NCBI GenBank assembly: GCA_000182565.2
Contig: KQ257461.1
Reading direction: 5' to 3' (one strand)
From: Spizellomyces punctatus DAOM BR117
Lineage: Eukaryota
Length of the DNA stretch: 64,000 bases
Shown: piece after piece, positions 50,401 to 64,000 of the stretch
Position numbering within the stretch: position 1 is the stretch's first letter
Layout of the letters: each line of letters opens with the position of its first letter
The notes under the pieces: generated by a model
Told to the model about the DNA's origin: nothing
Seen by the model: the letters and a program-made list of their open reading frames with translations, nothing else
Database searches by the model: none
Program-made: the position numbers and the translations under genes

Positions 50401-51532
50401 AGGTATTGTCCGTAATGTCCCTTTATACCCAACATGTGGTATGCTAACATGAGCACACTAGCGCAAGACCCTTTGCTCTATTTTCCCGCCCACGACTCGT
50501 GTGTTCGGGATCTATGCTGGACAGGATCTCGTTTGCACGCATGCCCCGAATCCATTCCGACCACTCTCTTGACAACTGGCAATGATGGGCGGCTTCTTGT
50601 AAGAGATATTCGGGATCCATTGATGGCAGGGACTCTGTACCGTATTAGAGGTAACATATTCGTCATTATTGTGTGATGAACTGTTTTAACATTCCCACTT
50701 TGCTCTCTGATACTCTCAGCCTTTATGACGTGCACAACTTGGATCCCTTCCATATCAGGACTGGTATTCACTGATTCAGATAACGGCGCACGGTTTGTGA
50801 GACCGGGCGACGAAGATCCTAAAGGGCGCTCAAGGGTTGATGATGACGAAAGTGGGGGGATGCATTTCGTGCAAAAGACAACCGGTATTGCCATGCACAG
50901 AGCGTGTATTTGGGTGCGTTGAGCTTTTCATTTGTTGGCTGCATCAACGATCTGGCTAAAGAACCTGACCTTGAACGCAGAGCGCGGACGTGTCACCATA
51001 TTTTGATTTTCTGGCTACCGGCAGCGCGGATGGGACTGTGAAGATCTCCAATCTCAAGCGAATGAATCAGCGCAGCTTTGTGAGTCTTCATTCTTTGAAG
51101 ATCCTTTTTAGAGTATTGGAATGTGATTCATTTACATCGGTTTTGTATAGAAACCAACTCAAATTAACCTATACCGACTTGAATGGGATTTCCAAACGCA
51201 AGTATTCAAATTTGTGGAAAATACGAAACCCGAGGTAACCATGATCATTTCTGATTACTATAGCCATTCAGTTTTGTCTGACTTTGCATTTTCTTGGTTT
51301 AGGAATTGGCGCAAATGGTTCCTAGAGGTAGCGAAAGCATATTGACAATGTTTTACCCTCCCGAAGTGGCCATTCAAAAGGTGCGTGGGGGTTTCATCCA
51401 TTCCTTGTGCACAAACCCCGCTGATCCACTATGCTGTAGGTGGTCTGGAATCCTAATCGATGTGCGGCATCTTGGATTGCCTCGGGTGGTACCGGTGGGA
51501 TTGTGAGGGTTGAGACGACTTTTGGAATGTGA
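47444..51532 (+). CDS. TFIIIC subunit Tfc6/Sfc6/GTF3C2-like WD40 protein with a long disordered N-terminus
   Basis: GGSIWGLDWCP, YLAVAG, GCIQIW, LCLLHEFGCVFDVKWAP, LGLLAATFGDG, and terminal VVWNPN..SWIASGGTGGIVRVE; N-terminal RGRP AT-hook-like motif. Confidence 0.85.
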
Positions 51533-51722
51533 GATGGAGTTGTGGGTTAGGAATGGGATGTGTTCACTGCAGCGTTTTGTACAGTATTTAAAGACTACAG
51601 GAGAACTCTAATGCACGGGGATACCTTTTTTGTCAAACATGAGCAAGCACACTATAACTGTATACGCCCAAAAATTCCAACCTCGCTCACTACTACCATT
51701 ACATCCAAACCCCCATTCTGAT

Positions 51723-54236
51723 CTACTCCACAGCTGCCGGTAACGCCCCTGCCTGAGCTTCTGCCCTCAATGGTCTGAACATCTCCGCCCTCGGCGTCTG
51801 GTCGTCCGCTTCCACACCCCATTCCTTGGGTGGGGTGGGAAGCGGGAGGTTCCGCGGACGCATCGAAGCCGGAGAAGCCGAGGTGATTAGCGGCGGCTGA
51901 ACGGAGGTCCGAATGCTTTCTTCGGGATGCATCACTCCTTCTCCTACTTGTACCGCGACGTCTGCAGGTGTATGCATGCTTTCTTCTGTGGGTATTCGCC
52001 CGTGTGAGTGTGCCTGTACGGCGGAGTTGATGAGTGGGTGATGGGCACCGGCGGTATTTTCTAACATGTTGCCTGCAACGTGCAAGGCTGTATCTCCAAT
52101 AGATCCATCATGCCGGCCCCCTGTAAGAGCTTCTTCTGTTCGGCGTCCGCTGTGTGGATGATGGGCGCTAGGGGTTCTTCCTAACATGTTGCCTGCAAGG
52201 TTTACTGCTGTATCTCCAACAGATTCATCATGCCGGCCTCCTGTAAGAGCTTCTTCTGTTCGACGGCCGCTGTGTGGATGATGGGCGCTAGCGGTTCTTC
52301 CTAGCATGTCGCCTGCAAGGTTTAATGCTGTATCTCCAACAGATCCATCATGCCGGCCTCCAGTAAGAGCTTCTTCTGTTCGGCGCCCGCTGTGTGGATG
52401 ATGGGCGCTAGCGGTTTTTCCTAGCATGTTGCCTGCAAAATTCAAGGCTGTGTCTCCAGCAGATTCATCATGCAAGCGTCCCGGAACTTCCTCTTCTGTT
52501 CGACGTCGGACAAGTTCAGCAGAAAGTTGTTGTGGCGAACGGAAGATGGGAGCTGGGGGTCCAGCGGGAAGGTACGACCTTAAAAAAGAAATGACCAATC
52601 AAGTTAAAGCTAGAGGTCAAAGTGAACTGGATCTACATCAATACTTACTCAATCTTCCTATTGAGCACCGAAATCCAATCCAACATTTCCTCCTCGCTTG
52701 CGGCCTTCAATTCCACCTCTGATCCACTGTTCCGGAACAGCTTTCCAGTCTTACGCCGATCCATGCTAATTGTAAAGACGTGCTGGTGGAGCTTCCGTTC
52801 GTTGGGGGCAATGTTAATCCGAGGTGAAGCCAGGTTGATACTGAACGGCTTGAAGGGCGTTGGAAGGGGTGTGGATGTCAAAGGCAGGAGTGAGTTGGGT
52901 ATCTGGGATGCCGAAGAGGTCTCCGAAGTGGCCCTTGATCGAATACGCTCGTCTTCATGCATATGATGGGACCCAATATGGACTCCCCCAACACTGGTAG
53001 CCCTCCTCGTAAGTCGACTCAATTTAGTATCAAAACAATGAACCCAACCACTTTCAGTCAGCACTGCCACAACCGGTTTCCAATGTCCTTTTCGGACTGT
53101 TCCAGGACGATACAGTATTCCTTGTTTCTCAATCCGGATCGCACGAAGAGGGTATGGAAAGTCTTCCAACTTCCTTTCCGTTGTGAAAACGGGAGCGGTA
53201 AGAACTTCAAATGTTTCAGAGAAACGGGCAAACGGTCCAAAACAGTCAGTGTTGTTTAAGAGTGACCGCAGCGAAGATCCATGAGTCGCGGCTGCCGAGC
53301 CTTGCATCCCAATCGTGGTGAGGTATTGATCGATGGTTTGGCGGAGAGTATCAAATATCCCAGCATCGATTTGAGCAATCTCTCGATGAAAGTGCAGGAT
53401 ACGTTCTTGAAAAATGTTTTCGCCTTCAATCATTTTACGCAGCTGGGCTTGGATTCGAAGGTAGATTAACCAAGGGTCAACATTGTCTTTGGTGGGAGGA
53501 AGAATTGGCTCAGCAGCCATGACGGTTGGCCCAGTGTGCGAAACGGCCGAAGAAGATGTGCCGGTACGTCTTGACGTGCGATCATGCTTTCCCAAAATAC
53601 CAATCGTGTCATGTCTACTGGTGGTAACGTCCCTAACCAGCTGACCAAAAGTATGCTGATAATGTCGGCGCTGCTCATGAACTTGCTGTTTAAGCGATTT
53701 GAGGCGCCGAATGACCCTCTCGTGAATGTACGTGGCTGTCGCTTTATGCGCTGCAGCCATATCTTGAATCTGGTTCTGGACCGGTTGCATGAGGTTGCTA
53801 GGAAAAACGAATATTTCTTGCATGGCTGCTCCGTCCGGTGCACAGAGCACGTCGTTAAACTTGCTAAACTCGTCAGCGTACGCCGTCTCGAGCTTTCGAA
53901 TGCTCTCAAAGAACCGGATGAGTTGCTACAGGAGCCAATAGGGATTAGACATGAATGTCTTACACCTTTTTGCCTCCCGTCTATCCCACCCCACACAGAA
54001 TGGATTCTTACATTAAATATAACCTTCCACCCTCTAAACCGCTCAAGAACAATTGGCAAACGTTCACATTGCTCTCGGGCGTACGGCCACAGCTCCAAAT
54101 GATCACGGGGTATTTTGCGTCCACTTTTGGCCATCAGTGATTCTAAGCGGGCTGTGGGAAGACTTGCGTGCGTGGCCATTCCCGGTGGCCCCATCGCTGG
54201 TAACGGCGTTTGCCTGCGTAACGGCAGGATCTTCAT
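51723..54236 (-). CDS. BAR-PH protein (Slm1-like architecture) with a C-terminal 40-aa tandem repeat
   Basis: LERFRGWKVIFN|QLIRFFESI.., DPWL, PH motifs KQGILYR..HWKPVVAVLTESGWVHCF..LKAASEEEMLDWISVL; an intron gtaagt..ttaag joins ORF 51723-52598. Confidence 0.82.
52037..52505 (-). repeat. Coding tandem repeat, 120-bp unit, about 4 copies
   Basis: ggatgatgggcgcta recurs at 52156, 52276 and 52396; the unit encodes RRTEEALTGGRHD(G/E)SVGDTALNLAG(N/D)MLGRTASAHHPHSG. Confidence 0.95.
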
Positions 54237-55619
54237 GCTTGTCTTGTATTGTAGATAACGATCGTAGGTTGGGTTGAAGAATCAGATTTGATATCGATAA
54301 TGGTTAAGTTGCAAGAGGGGAAACTTGGGTCTGCGGATCTGGAGTAACAGTCAAGCGGGCAGACGTTGAGTCCAGCCCATATATAGACGATCAAAACGCG
54401 AGCTCACCATTAGGTCATCTTTGAGGGTATCGAACGCGAGTTCAAGACACATGGTAGCGCGCACCATATAAACACTTGATCGTTTGTGACTAGTGAACGG
54501 TCTCATTGGACAAAAAATAGTAAACAAAGCTTTTCATCTGTTTGAAAAACCTGTTCCAAAGTACGCGAGATGCCCTTTGTGTCTTTGCATGCGTCACAAC
54601 ACATCTTGCGCGTCTCGCCAAACTGAACATGAGACATCATGCCACGGTATTCCAAACAAGAATGCCACAGAAGCATTCTTTATTGGTCATCTTTTTCATT
54701 TTACATTGCTTTGAATATGTGGTTTGATTAGATTGAAGTCATCAACACAGTATTTTTGACTCTACAGACGTCATTGGAGGTTCTTCGCGGTACGTCTAAG
54801 GCAAGAAACGTGGGTATATACTCAATAACCGGGAGCAGCTCGGCTGTCCTTCTCTTCTAGCGCGATATACTCCAACTCAAAATTCACAGCCCTTGCATTG
54901 GAACAAAGTCCTTGACTTGCGAGCGACATTCAATGACATTTGCATGACCCTTTGCCAGACCTATGCATGTGAAAGTTCTGACACAGCCTATTAATGATGG
55001 GTTGGTGATTCTGAAGCAAGTGCCAGCCGAGGGTACTGACCCGTAGATCATCGTCCTAACCCCTCCGATGATCACATAAGCGAGACATCAGGGGCTTAGT
55101 TGCGTGACAGTCGCCATGGTAATCCAAGACATTTAAAAGCTCAAGAAAATCAAAGTCTTGCTTTCATCCTCGTTTCTCTTTCGACATTATTTTTTGTTGC
55201 TGGGAAAGCAACGACTCTGAGGTGCCCGTCGGCTTTTCAGACTCTTTCTTTCCGCGCAAGGAAGTTCTTGTGGATCACGACTTCCCCCTGGCTTTGGTTG
55301 ACTTGCACACTAGGAGGTTGGGGAGCATTATGTTTTCCTTCCTCCACATGTGTAGTATAGCTTTCTTCACTTACAGGGAAGATGGATGCATGTCGGCGTA
55401 AGCTGACATGCGGCGCTCTGGGCAAATTGAAGGTGACTTAATATCTGAACCTTTGATAATCAATGAGCGGAGATTTTCCACATGCAGAGTAGACCTGTTA
55501 CTACTCCCATCAATCATGCGTCCAAGACAAAGCATTCGATCATGACATATGCTATCAACTCGACGCTGCCATCGTGCGCGTCAGTAATGAACAATTCTTC
55601 ATCGCAGCCGATCCAATCT

Positions 55620-55693
55620 CAACTCTTATTATGGCGTTTAGCCACAGATTATGTACAACTCTTATTATGGCGTTTAGCCACAGATTATGTACA
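55620..55693. repeat. Perfect 36-bp tandem duplication
   Basis: caactcttattatggcgtttagccacagattatgta x2. Confidence 0.95.
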
Positions 55694-55893
55694 CTTTGCG
55701 TTCTTGCATGGATATCCTACTCTGTGAACCGTCCATACTATCCGCTAGAACCAGACAAAACCACTGTGATTCCTTTGCATGCCACGGCCCAAATCTTTCT
55801 GTCGCCGTTGATCCTCTCCTAGCCCATGTATCGCTCCAAATTCTGTATGCCAAAGTCCACGAAGATGACGTTCTTCACGACTTTCTTGGTATC

Positions 55894-58800
55894 TCATATG
55901 CGATGTCTCGGATTTCGGCTCCCTACAAGCTTCAAAGTACCGCCATCTTTAGCCACCTCCTGGAAGAGAGGCCGCTTTGAACGAGAAGGTTGGTTCTGAG
56001 AAGTCCTTTGCGAATGTTGCGCCCTTCGATTTTCGTATGAAACGATACGTATTTCTGTGACAGCATTCGAATATGCCGCCATGTATTTTGCCGCTTCTTC
56101 CTTGGTTTGTGCCATCTGCGCCTTGAGCCAAGTCATATCTATATGCTCCAAAAGTTGCCGCAGTCTGAGTTGACGTGCAGGACTTTGTGATTCATCTAAT
56201 CGTAGGCCAGGGAGTTTGTTCGCCCCGAACTGCCCGTTATCGGTTGGTCGTGCATCTGCATTCATCATTTGGGAAATTTCTGATATCGAATTCAGTTCCG
56301 AGCCGTATAGACTAGTCCGTCCGGATTCCTCTTTCCATTTCTTGATTTCATGTGCAATGCCGTAGATGTCCAAAGACCGGCCAAGTTTGACTGGTGTCTG
56401 GTTGGAAGGTGTCAAGCACTCCATATCCACTTCTTTCCGCAGACAATGATCAATATCGATTGACGAGAAGAAAGCAACGTTCTGCGCAAAAAACTATAAG
56501 TTATCACCACAAGACAGAACGTTCCACGTCATTGTAACCCTTACAGCTGGTAAATCACTAATCCCAACGCTCTCAGCAAACATCGCTCTGACCCAGAGAT
56601 TAGCAATCTGCAAGGCCAGTGCTGCTAGAATCTGATGTTCTTCCTTAACAAGAAACCGAACTTCGTCGTGAATGGACAACATAAAGCGACCGTCGATCTT
56701 CATTCGTCTCATTAAGTAGTCCATGGCAACGAGGAGAAGGTGGAGATAGTCAACTCCCGATGATTGCACTACCCAGTTAACCCTACTAGTCATAAACTAA
56801 AAACGCGGTCGGTAAGGAAGGGACCACGAACGTATTGCCAGATATGAGCTTACCTCTCGTCCGACATGTTCCGGTTTCAATGAATCTGGAATTTCACATC
56901 GCAGCACGGGTGTTTGAGGCGTCACATCCAACGCAACACCTTCCAGCTTATTAAACATGTAACTTTCGCTTCCACCGTACCAGAATGTTAGCTGCTGCTT
57001 TTCCTTCCACGGATGTGGACATGTATGCCTTTGTCCTTTGGTCTTCCTGTACAGTTCGCTAACCTTCGCCATGGCGTCGTCTCTTGCAATCCCCGGCGAG
57101 TGCTTTAATAGTAGTTGGACAGCATACTTCATACCAGCTCCATAAATTCGGCTATAGTTGAAGATTTTCGCTTGATCGCGTGATATCCCAAGGATTCTAC
57201 CAGTGACCGTATGCAAATCCGTACCAGCTTTCTTTGTACCTTGCAAAGTCATGAAGCTTATGGCTGACGCTCCGTGAATCCGAAATTGTGCGTCCCCAAA
57301 CAACGAAGCGATCCACAACTCTTCGCTATCCACGTCCGCCCCCAGAATTTTGTAACCTACAGGTGCCTGCACCTGAGACTTCAGCTCAGACCCGATACGA
57401 TTCTTCTTTGCATTTGCAGCGGTCATCCAAGTCGACTCCACAGCCCGTCTTGTTACGGTTCCCATCGCTACAGACTGCGGTAGAATGACCCCATATTCTT
57501 TCCCCGCTGTCACCTCGACATCATTTCCGATCTCGTTGTCCCAAACGATAAACTGATGTCCCACTCTCTGCTTGGCGCTCGCCCAATACGTACATTGCGC
57601 ATTCCGTTCCAAAATGTGCTTGGCAGCTTTGTATTGAGACGTCAACGTACCATCTTCAAAGGCAGATATAAACGACTTGGAAAGAGGTGACCCGCAGTTC
57701 TTGCCTTCTCCATCGGGATGGGGAATACGATAATAAGCATTCTCAATATCGTTGGACGCGCGAGAGTCGTAGGTCTTCTCTGAGGGGTCTTGGCTGAACT
57801 TCAAACCTGGAGCGATGAGCAATTCAGGCGATTCAGGCTTCGGCATATAATAGGTCCAACCAAACCCCTTCGTGTAATAAACCGGATGCTGCTTCCATTG
57901 TAATCTCAACAAATACGGAGTGACCCGCTTACTTAGAGTAATACGAAGCTTGCCCTCCGTTTTATCCCACAATTCCAAATACCATTTGGGCTTCCCGATA
58001 GGTGTATTAGACTGGTTTTTGTGGAGACGAGGGGGTGTGATCTGCCCATTCTTTCTAACTACTTGCTTGGTCATTCGAGGTGCAGGTTTCTCCCAGTCCA
58101 GGTTTCTCAGCCATGGATCATTTTTCCACCTTCCATCCCCAAAGTTGTCAACCGCATCCTCGGCCAGCAACGCCAATCGAGAACAAATATCTTCCTGGTA
58201 CTCGTCAAATTTCGTCTGGGAGTTACTCACGTATTTATTCCAGTCGTTCGATACAGGCAGATACCCCTTTCCCATGTGGAGCATCCCTGCAAACGAGGCG
58301 GGATGTGGACATTTCTGTCGAAACCTTGAGAAGAGCTTCCCAAATAGTTCGTGGGTGATGGCGACATCTTTAGCACAGTAAGTGAGGAGCTCCTGAAAAT
58401 GACTACGGACTGCCGCGATATCGGTACCGTCAAATTCTGAACGCATTGATTTGTCGATTTCCTTCTGCAGGTACAGCTCAGCGACGTCTTTTAGACTGTT
58501 CATCGAGCTAACCTGATACCATGATCGATGTTCATCCGGCTGGTATCGTGGGGGGACATCCTTTGATGCGGATGATGTGGAACGTTTTGGATTATTTTGT
58601 TGTGCATCGAGGGAACGGCTGTCAGTGGACGCCATGAGTGCATCATGCTCATCCCACCATCGTTGCTCGGCTTCCTGTATCCGCCGTTCCTCTTTCTTAT
58701 ACTTGCGCCAGGCAGGCCTCTGCTGCGACGACAATCCTCCTACAGCACAATGCAAACTCATTGTATCAAGGAAGGCATACCGCGTTGGACGCAATCGGTA

Positions 58801-59611
58801 TTCTTCGCGAATTCGAGCTCGATCGTAGGAAACATGATGACCGATAAACACGCGGTCATCGTCCGGACGACCTAAAGGTATTAGCTGATTGGGTATAAAA
58901 GGGGTCTGGGTTTCGTTCGAAAAAAGTCCTGGTGCTACCCAGGAGTACCAATGCGTTTTGGACACCGCAACAGCAATTACAGGGTATGGACTGATATTAT
59001 ACACGACCTCCACGTCGAAGACCAAAGCGTCTTCTGGAGGATATGCTACTGAAGTGGGAATTGCTTTATCATTTTTCCAGTCGTACCGGATCCAGTTCTC
59101 GCGGCCATATGCCCATTCTGAGGGCATACGCGGTAACTGAGCGGTTGCCATTGCATGAGCCTTCTGCAAATAGGGCAGCGACTGTTCCTCTCCGAGTACT
59201 CGAAAATGTTCACGAATGGAACCAGTGGTGAGGTCAGGAAGTTCGATATCAACATCGGGAAGGGGTTCCTGGGACTTGCCAATCAAATCCCATTCTTTCA
59301 GGTGGCTCGTGGCTAACTCGATTTGTTGTGCAGTGGGCTCAACCCCAGTATTCGGGAAAACCTTCCGATGAATAGCAGGAGACAGCATTTGGATGCCGAT
59401 GTGATTTTTTCGTGGGCCATGCTCTAGTTGGTACCACTCAGGTTAATATCTGCGTCCTGATACAAAATAGGCCAAGGCACTAACCTTCGTTCTGGTCCGC
59501 GGGAATGCTGGCATATAACCTATGTACATTGCGAGGTGCGATCGGCAGTGAGACGACATGACGGACGAGTGATCTACGCGCTTGGCAGGATGGACATCGG
59601 CTGAAGATCAT
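55894..59611 (-). CDS. MIP1: Mitochondrial DNA polymerase gamma
   Basis: IGIQMLS, Exo I VFDVEV, Exo [13 protein letters not shown], Exo III YCAKDV, Pol [15 protein letters not shown], Pol [17 protein letters not shown], Pol [12 protein letters not shown]; first exon from ATG 59611. Confidence 0.97.
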
Positions 59612-60105
59612 GGACCTTGGGATTCGCCATCTGGCAGACATTTTAGACCACGTTCAGGGCCAACGTTCTTTTGAGTTGGGTAATGTGCGGTCCAGATCCT
59701 CTTGTCAACACTGTGATCTGGAAATGACTCAAAAGGAGCGTGTAGTAGCAAGGGATATCGCAGTGAAGAATGCCTTGGGCAAGAAATCTCTAGCCAAAGG
59801 CTGGTTTCATGCGTACAAGAATGGTGCAAAGTGCCAGCACCATCGTAAAAATGTTGTCGGGACCAAAATACCCAAAATATCGCAACAAGGACTGCCTGCA
59901 AGCTACTGTAATTTTATCTGCACAGTCATCCCACCCAACCGAACGCGCGGTTTCAACTGACTTTGACAGATATTCAACTAGATGCTCAACTATGACCATC
60001 ATATCTTTGCAAGTGTTCTTTTTACTGCATATGCCGTTACGCTGTGTTCAAAGGATGATATTGTTATTTTACATAATAGTGTCGAATCGCATTTGTACAT
60101 GCCAT

Positions 60106-63100
60106 CTACTCAGATTTTAAAAAAAATGCCACACCCGCCAAGAGCCAGCCGTCACCTTGTCCCTCACAGGGTACGCTGACTCTGCACACTCCTTTTTCCC
60201 TTGTTGCTTCCAGATAAACTGGAACTTCTATAACGGCTTTGTACACGGGAGGTGTGCTTTTCGGTGCCCAAGCCAAATTACATATGGGTGCTTGGACAAA
60301 CGTAGGCTCTTCGGCGCGGGCTTCAGATAAGCGGTTGCCATCAAATGTGCAGCCTTGGAGAAGCAGGCCAGTAATTGATATGGAAACGGGAACAGAGGGA
60401 AGCGGGGTAGTGGACCAGGTTGTTACGAGTTTTAAGTCGTCCATCGGAACGCGAACTGCTCAAATCGGTCAGCTACTGGACGTTCCTCTGCTAGATGATG
60501 CACACCGCACTTACTTATTCGTGATGTATGCTGCCTCAAAGCATTCAAGAATGTCACCGGATTGAATAGTCCAGCCATTCTCAACGAGCTTTTGAACAAG
60601 GTACCCGCATTACTTTTCTCTCGCCATTGGTCGACCTCCAATCCATTTGACATGGCTTCGCGAATAAACAGTTGTGGGGTCTCTGGTCCTTCCCAGAGCA
60701 ATAGCCAGCTATATCGAAATGCATTTGGTCAATGCCTGAAGTATTGTAAGCACGATAATCGATTATGGCAGACAGACCTTTGCGGAGTTACTCCCTCCAA
60801 GAGACATTTCGCAACTGCCATAATATCGTTGGTAAGCAGCATGGATCCGCGTAGGACTTTGGATATGGCAGCCAGGTCGGCGTCAATCCGGCGAAGGAGA
60901 GTCAGGGCATTTACCAGTTCCTTAGAGAGCGTCAAGTTCAGCATGTGAATTACCACAAGATTAAGTCGGAAAAGCACCTTACCAAAGCCAGGAAAGAACT
61001 AATTGGGTTTGCTTCGGGGTCCTGGCTCACCTTCCGCTGCATCAACTCATTACCAGTATTGAACTAGGTGATACAGGTAAACAAGTTACAATGAAGGACC
61101 ACCGATGACGTTTCCATTCCGGTGCGACCCACCTTTTTCCATAACTGCAAAAACGGTGTCAAGTCTCTAGCCCACTTTTCCTTTTCAAATCGCAAACCTT
61201 GGATATCAGCTTGACGCTGAAAGCCAATCATTTTAGGTACTGGCAACCATTTCAACATCACACTACGGCCTACCAGGACTTTCAGCTGCCCAATAACAGA
61301 CTGACTACTATATCTCTGTAACGCCCGATCAATGTTGGCAGGCAGACCGAATGTCGTGACATTGTCGACTTCGGGTAGGTCGGCAATCAATGCTTGATAT
61401 GATGTATGATCGGCAATGTTTGGCAAGTCTAGATGTGATGGTAAGAGTGTGTCAGACATGTGAACTCCCGCCCGAAACAAGATTTACAACGGGCACTTAC
61501 TCATGCCTTTGGCGAGCCTTCGAGTTGGAGATCGACCGGCAATCATAAAGACATCTATAGAATGACGTAAAATGTTAGCATGGGGCTACGAATCAAACTA
61601 GGCGTAGATTTCCGCCTTTCTCACCGTCATTGAAGTACTGGGCAAGGTACGTATTCAGCTTCATGGCGTCGTTCACATCATCAATCCTTCCGCCGTAGAT
61701 GGCATTCTCCAACAACCCATGCAGAACAGACCACTGGGGCGGCCTGTTCGATACGCACATGGTCTATAATTGAAAGTAACGTCCGATGAGTATCAATCGC
61801 AAAGTCAACGAAACATACAAATCCCTACACTAATTAGGTCTGCACTCGAGCGCAAATCTGCTGCGGAGAATTCATAGAACTTGTTCCAACCTTGTGGGAT
61901 ATATGTTCGACGCTCCTGAATGACCGCATGAAACCATGCGAGGGCAAACAGAGCTTGTGCCCTATGCACAGGGCCACTGGAAATGAAAGAAGGACTCCAT
62001 GCTTCGTAAGTTCGTTGAAGATTTTTCTTTACCCCTACAATGTTGTTGGTTGGATAGAGTACTCAGGCGAAGCAATTATTAGACACAAACCTGGTGGTGC
62101 TTCCACAGTAATCTTCAAACTATTCTGAAGCAGGTTTGTTGGAAACTTTGCGTGGGCTTCCGATGTCATCCATAAGCGGAAGCCTTCATGCGGTTTTATC
62201 GATGACAGCTCCTTTTCCAACTGCGGCAGCCACCCAGTGACAAGATGAACATTTTGAAGACATAACCAACCGCCACTCATAGCAGCTTCCCGAAGAAGGG
62301 ATATAGCCAGCTCCCCTTGACCTTGACCCATGGCCACCTAAGGGAAACCGAGTTATTGTTACAGTTAAAGACACTTGAGCGCACCCGGATAAGTCTTACC
62401 TGTTGGTATTTGTCTGCGCCTACATGTTGTATTGCGAAATCTTTCAGCTCCTGGGATGGATCGGCGCCTGCCGTAGTGATGAAGAGGATAGGTTCGCGAG
62501 CTGTGGTTTCTTCTGCGTGAAGTCTGCTCATATTTAAAGGTAGAGGAGCCAAGCTCTCGATGCCGATAACATTACAACAGAATTTGTTCACTGTAAAAAG
62601 GTCAATTCACAGTCATAAAATGCAGTCCGGTATTTTGCGAACTCACTTGTAGTCATCAATCTGTCGGGACGCAGAGCTTGAACAACCAGCAATTTTTGGA
62701 AGCCACTAAAAATAGGAGTAATTAGATTACTGCTTGGCACTCGCATCGTTGAGACTCCCTACCTCGTTTTGGGGTTAGGCAGTTCAACTTCGCAGCTGGG
62801 ATCTTTCATCCATCGGCTCCAACTTTCTGTATCGCTGAAGTTAAGTAGCTGACTCAGATTTGGCAAAATGGCCTACAAGTTCGCGTTAAAGTTTAGTGAC
62901 CGCCAATACCGTCTCAGTTGTTAGACATTGGCTACCTGCAGCTGCTTCAGCATCGGTCTTCGTTCGGCTGGTACCCATGCAGGAGGTTCAGGACCACCTT
63001 CCTCCTCCGCTGTCACAAGTTGACCACTGAAGAGCTCCCATTCATTGGGCTCAAAGATGCTTCCATGTAGCTGATGAACAAGATGCAACGCAAACATCTG

Positions 63101-64000
63101 GCGGTCGGCTTTGAAGAGAGATCGCGAAATGTAGTTGTAAGTCAACTTCTCCAAAATGTTCATGAGAAGCTTTATGCGGAGTTCCGTGCCATCTTTTGCA
63201 GCAGATCCTTCAGCTCGCAGAGACTTCTCAAAGAGGTGCAAAAATGAAGCGAGCGAGAATTGGTACATGTTATTAAGTTTTCGCAAATCACTGACGACGA
63301 AGAAGAGGGCACTGCCGAAATCAGAAAAGGGGGCAAACTTGTCTCGCTCTGCGTCCAGGGAAGCTTGGAGCTTTTGCGACTCTTGCAAACTGGTCGCAAT
63401 GATTGTACTCTTGTCGCGCGTTTCATTCAGTGAATCTATCAGGCTCTTATTCTCCAGGATATTTCCTTGAGAGCTTGCAAGTTCCTTCAACAACGACTCT
63501 TCCAGATCCACCAACTGTATCTTGAGCTCATCTTCTCTTTTCAGAAGTTCGATTTTTTCCAACTCAAGCTCGGGTTTCTCATGCTTTAATGTCACGCCGA
63601 GTAATTGGCCAGCTAAACCTGCACGAGTTACCGTGAAATTGATTTCTTGGACATAAGCCATCGCATCCGATGGAATCTGGAAAGTCGATTTAGAAGTAAT
63701 CAGGTACAATCGGAAGTCTTCATTGTAGTCCACGGTTTTGTCCCCAAGCTGAACAACGAACCGAGGGCCGTGTTTCTGCAAATTTTTCCGTAAGATGGGA
63801 TACAGGAACGACTCTAATTCGTTGAGCTCTTGAATAACGAGTGCTTTCCCAAAGCGTACTGCCAGTTCCACGGCCCTAACGAAGTTGTCGTCATGCTGGT
63901 TAATCACTTCAGGCTTTTTATCAGCCAGATGCGTCTTCAACCAGAGGACCGCCTGACCGGATGGGTCCACAATCAACGGAGTGACAGCGCTGGACAAAAT
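60106..64000 (-). CDS. DYNC2H1: Cytoplasmic dynein-2 (retrograde IFT) heavy chain, 3' part (AAA5 to C-terminus); runs off the window
   Basis: PLIVDPSGQAVLWLKTHL, VELAVRFGKALVIQE, GPRFVVQLGDKTVDYNEDFRL, SQGNILENK, GADPSQEL, VAMGQGQ, GGWLCLQNVHLV, LLENAIYGGRID, FNPVTFLNALRQ; these are dynein-2-type sequences. Confidence 0.95.

Noticed and set aside
59610-59960. 116-aa plus-strand ORF whose ATG overlaps the POLG start (catg)
   Set aside because: No recognisable motif, and it occupies the POLG promoter and dynein 3' UTR space; likely spurious.

Overview
Gene-dense eukaryotic DNA with many short GT-AG introns (mostly about 45-90 nt). The gene set is fungal: Pho4/NUC-1-like bHLH, Nrg1-like C2H2, a Fungal_trans domain and Mip1-type POLG. 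It also has flagellar genes (enkurin, cytoplasmic dynein-2 heavy chain, apicortin). Together these point to a zoosporic fungus, most plausibly a Spizellomyces-like chytrid (inference). About 27 genes can be reconstructed, including LTN1, ERI1, mitochondrial RRF, a COG0523 GTPase, GAL7, ECH1, a TFIIIC Tfc6-like subunit and a small spliced COX7-like gene that the ORF track misses. The most unusual observations are: (i) a 258-bp non-coding TIR element framed exactly by 29-bp direct repeats (4649-4964); (ii) a Crinkler-like PD-(D/E)XK nuclease gene; (iii) an F-box protein with an XPA-like module; (iv) apicortin; (v) a recurring C-rich to G-rich polarity within exons, mainly across about 11-46 kb; (vi) degenerate copies of gene 3' ends lying about 200 bp downstream of two genes. 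No rRNA, tRNA, CRISPR array or autonomous transposon was recognised. All gene models and family calls are by eye, without database searches.
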